Source: Callorhinchus milii
Lineage: Eukaryota
Direction: 5' to 3'
DNA: 64,000 nt
Assembly: GCF_018977255.1 (NCBI RefSeq)
Contig: NW_024704742.1
Coordinates: forward strand, 72,046,001 to 72,110,000
Part shown: positions 61,379 through 64,000 of the stretch, in pieces
Position numbering within the stretch: position 1 is the first letter of the stretch
How the letters are laid out: each line of letters begins with the position of its first letter
Position numbers and translations under genes: made by a program
Notes under the pieces: model-generated
Seen by the model: only the letters and a program-made list of their open reading frames with translations
Database searches by the model: none
Told to the model about the DNA's origin: nothing

Positions 61379-63456
61379 CCTTCCCAGCTGGTATGAACGG
61401 AAGTTCAGGCCTGGACCTACGTGACTGAACAGCCTTAGAAATGGCCGGATAAAGCTGTTTAGTTGTTAAGCAGAGCGGTGTGAAGAAAAAACCTCACTCT
61501 CTCGCGACAATCAGTAACCAGCGACCAGTGACAGTCCCTAGATTCATCTCTGGGCGGGATGTTTTGAGTTACGATGAGAGAGGTTGGGTAGACCGGGGCT
61601 ATAACAATGACAACAACTTGCACTTCATGTAGGACAGTGTCCTATAAGCGCTTAACAGTGACGGAGACTGACGACAAGCCGGGGGGAGGGGGAAGGTGAC
61701 CGTAAGCATGGTAGAAGAGGAAGGTCTTTAGTTGTGTTCTAAAAGTGGGGAAGGAGAGGCAGGGTGGAAGGATTGGGGGAGTTACAAAGCTTCGAGGCTT
61801 ATTGAATGAAAGTGCGGCAGCTGATGGTGAAGCGCAGGGCACATGGGACATGCAGAAGGCCGGAGCCGGCGGAGTAGAGGCGGTGGATAGTGGAGTGGGA
61901 GTAAGCAGGTTGGAAAAGTAGGGAGGAGCCAGGTGTGAAGGGAATTGTAGACGATAGTACTTAAGTTACGAGGAGATGTGATTGAGGTATAAAATAATGA
62001 CAGGAAATTGACAGGTTAGAGAGTAGACGATTCTTCCCTCTGAGGATCATTACAAGGGGCTGAGCCTTAACCTCAGAGCCAGGAGGGTTAGAGCTGAGGT
62101 TGAGCCTGAAGCTCAGGATGAGCCGGAGAGGGGGAAGGTGACTGTGAGCACTATGGAAGAGGAAGGTCTTTAGTTGTGCATATCCTCACGCAGCACTGTA
62201 AGAGTGGGGAACATTAGGCCCCAGAGAGATCTGGAGACAACCAATAATGTATGATAAGAGACAGACAGGGTGGTGAAGGCAGAGCATGGGCATGAAAACA
62301 ACTACCAGTAAACTGGCGGAAAAGGCTTGGTGGGCTGAATGAGACCTCCTAATGTGCCTGTTTTACTACGTTCCAACACAGGGATTTAACTCTGGCCCTG
62401 TGAGGCCTAAGACACAGTCAAGTTAAGGGCTGCAAAATGGGAGGGCTGACAAGGGGATTGGGTTGGGTGCCTGGTTTACAACAATCACAACTTGCATTTG
62501 AAAGAGGGGCAAGGTGGAGTGATTGGGGTAGAGAATTTCAAAGCTTCAGAGCAAAGTAACTGAAAGTGTGGTTACTGAGGTGATCTCTGCAGGAGGAGAA
62601 GGAGTACTTTAATAACGAGGCCTTCAAGTGGTGGTTGGAGAAGAAACACATGCGTAATATCCTGGACAAACCTACTGCCTTCTACAAGAAACGCAGCAAT
62701 GCGCCCACGGAATGGCTGAAACAACGCCGTGATTCGCTCATCCTCAACCAGAGCTCCGACCAGCTCAAAGCCGCCCAGGAATTTGGCATCAAGAAGAGCC
62801 GGGGGTCGTGCCGGAAGGCGACCCCTCCTCGGGACTGGATCAGGGAGCTGCGGAGACGAGCGCACCCCAAGGAGCTCGACGACCAGACCACCATGGCAGT
62901 AGTGGGCACGGCCCGCAAACCACGCTGGAACCCCAGCACCAACCCCAGCACCCACCCCGTCACCAAAATCAACCGTCCGGTAATGCTGAGAACAACCGTG
63001 GACCCCAAGAGGGTGCTGAAGGATTATAACTTTGAGCCGTTTTTCCGGCTTGGGGTGAGCAAGATGGGACGTCCCGAGCTGCGCACATACATTGGCTGGC
63101 AGGTAGGCCGAATGCCCAGCCTTCCTGACCACGTCATCAGGAAAAACCTCTTCCCCTTCACAGTCTTCTCCCGCCTGCACTACCCCGAGAACTTCCGCTC
63201 TCCCAACATCCTTACCGTCCTGAGGAAGCGCCGGCCCCCAAGCGACCGTCTCCCCGTCTCTGAGATAGGACTGCACCTGCGGGAGGTCCTGGAGCCCGAG
63301 GCCTTCACTGCCTACACACAGACCCCCACCGACAAGCCCCCCACCCCCAAACCTCCCACTACCAAGCCCCCTAAACACGACCTGTCTGCCTGCCTCGTCC
63401 CTCAGCCCCCCACACACACGCAGCCCGCCGTCAGCACTTACTGCTCGCAGCCCTGA
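57469..63456 (+). CDS. ANKRD53: Ankyrin repeat domain-containing protein 53, 5 coding exons, 1494 nt, ~497 aa
   Basis: Join 57469-57612, 59113-59312, 60628-60792, 61041-61161, 62593-63456; GT-AG, in phase. Ankyrin repeats (GHTALHMAA, GMTALHMAANEG, KPIDKAKIWG) and a C-terminus (WNPSTNPSTHPVTKI, DYNF, LPDHVIRKNLFP) resembling human ANKRD53. Confidence 0.9.
57624..58310 (-). mobile_element. L2 3' fragment starting ~12 bp after an ANKRD53 donor site
   Basis: [16 protein letters not shown]2 tail. Confidence 0.82.
58380..58908 (+). mobile_element. CR1-type LINE 3' fragment; smaller pieces near 10860-11210, 30836-31300, 42950-43050, 61980-62380
   Basis: FFTQSVVKIWNSLPQKVVDAGS...FKTEVDRFL, typical CR1 ORF2 C-terminus. 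Confidence 0.75.
59113..59312 (+). CDS. ANKRD53: ANKRD53 coding exon 2 (ankyrin repeats)
   Basis: GHTALHMAALHSRLDSLRVLVEEF...YLLSHGA. Confidence 0.92.
59392..60172 (+). mobile_element. L2 subfamily B fragment
   Basis: Near-identical by eye to the reverse complement of ~8190-8965. Confidence 0.9.
60628..60792 (+). CDS. ANKRD53: ANKRD53 coding exon 3
   Basis: QTTSGMTALHMAANEGLL...KPIDKAKIWGRRRCA. Confidence 0.92.
61041..61161 (+). CDS. ANKRD53: ANKRD53 coding exon 4
   Basis: YLASVMWESNANDIVKEMNKL...MEE; donor gtgagg. Confidence 0.9.
62593..63456 (+). CDS. ANKRD53: ANKRD53 terminal coding exon
   Basis: ctctgcAG acceptor; open frame to TGA 63454-63456. Confidence 0.9.
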   Translation, partial: EEKEYFNNEAFKWWLEKKHMRNILDKPTAFYKKRSNAPTEWLKQRRDSLILNQSSDQLKAAQEFGIKKSRGSCRKATPPRDWIRELRRRAHPKELDDQTTMAVVGTARKPRWNPSTNPSTHPVTKINRPVMLRTTVDPKRVLKDYNFEPFFRLGVSKMGRPELRTYIGWQVGRMPSLPDHVIRKNLFPFTVFSRLHYPENFRSPNILTVLRKRRPPSDRLPVSEIGLHLREVLEPEAFTAYTQTPTDKPPTPKPPTTKPPKHDLSACLVPQPPTHTQPAVSTYCSQP

Positions 63457-63465
63457 CACAGCCAG

Positions 63466-63600
63466 ACACTGGATGGTGAGCGGTGGGGACTGGACAGTGA
63501 GGGGCAGAGACTGGATGGTGAGCGGTGGGGACTGGACAGTGAGGGGCAGAGACTGGATGGTGAGCGGTGGAGACTGGACAGTGAGGAGCAGAGACTGGAT
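63466..63600. repeat. 42-bp tandem repeat (~3 units) in ANKRD53 3' UTR
   Basis: ACTGGATGGTGAGCGGTGGGGACTGGACAGTGAGGGGCAGAG. Confidence 0.9.
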
Positions 63601-63902
63601 GTCTGAAGTGTCTTGCTTACATTGGGAATGTGAATGATCCCTGCACCTGCTCGCCAGGGCCCAAAGGTCACTGTGGTATCTGCTGTGGTCACTGCCCCAC
63701 CTAGTCGCACATCAGACATTTCCCTCCCATCTCCCTCCCAAAAGACATTTCCCTCCTTTCTATAGTCTCCTGTTCCTTCTCACTGTGTCAGACTATCTCT
63801 CCTGGCCAGCGTCGTGTCACTGACTGTGTCTGTCTCTGTATTGATGTCCACCAGCTCCTCGCTCTGTCCATTACAGAGGATTCTGAACTCTTCATCCAAT
63901 AG

Positions 63903-63908
63903 AATAAA
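63903..63908 (+). terminator. Polyadenylation signal, ANKRD53
   Basis: AATAAA ~450 bp after the stop, followed by GT-rich sequence. Confidence 0.65.
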
Positions 63909-64000
63909 TCAATCAGACACAGAATGCCTGTAAAATGGGACCATTTACATTTAATACACTATGTGTGTGTGTATGTGTGTGTGTGTATGGGGGAGGGGAG

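Noticed and set aside
62572..63459. 295-aa minus-strand ORF
   Set aside because: Coextensive with the GC-rich ANKRD53 last exon; an antisense shadow with no recognisable domain.

Overview
Vertebrate genomic DNA, most likely a cartilaginous fish (inferred from its repeat families: Deu-domain SINEs, L2/CR1 LINEs, a Penelope-type palindrome and a shark-type ~60-bp satellite). It holds three spliced genes, all on the + strand: (1) the last coding exon of a VAX homeobox gene, most likely VAX2 (3953-4417); (2) a complete 16-coding-exon, ~560-aa shootin-family gene (30660-49175), probably the VAX2-linked paralog of SHTN1; (3) ANKRD53 (5 coding exons, 57469-63456, ~497 aa). The rest is dense with retroposons: one apparently full-length single-ORF L2, many L2/CR1 fragments, two SINE families sharing an L2-type tail, an unclassified ~600-bp dispersed family, two solo-LTR candidates, a hAT-type MITE, a Helitron-like element and minisatellites. 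Most notable observations: an inverted ~135-bp copy of the VAX2 C-terminal coding sequence inside the preceding intron; an intronless AARS2 C-terminal fragment captured inside a repeat; the shootin paralog at the VAX2 locus with no ATP6V1B1 seen; and several perfect hairpins at repeat breakpoints. Exon boundaries, alignments and homology calls were made by eye and from recalled protein sequences. No database search was run.
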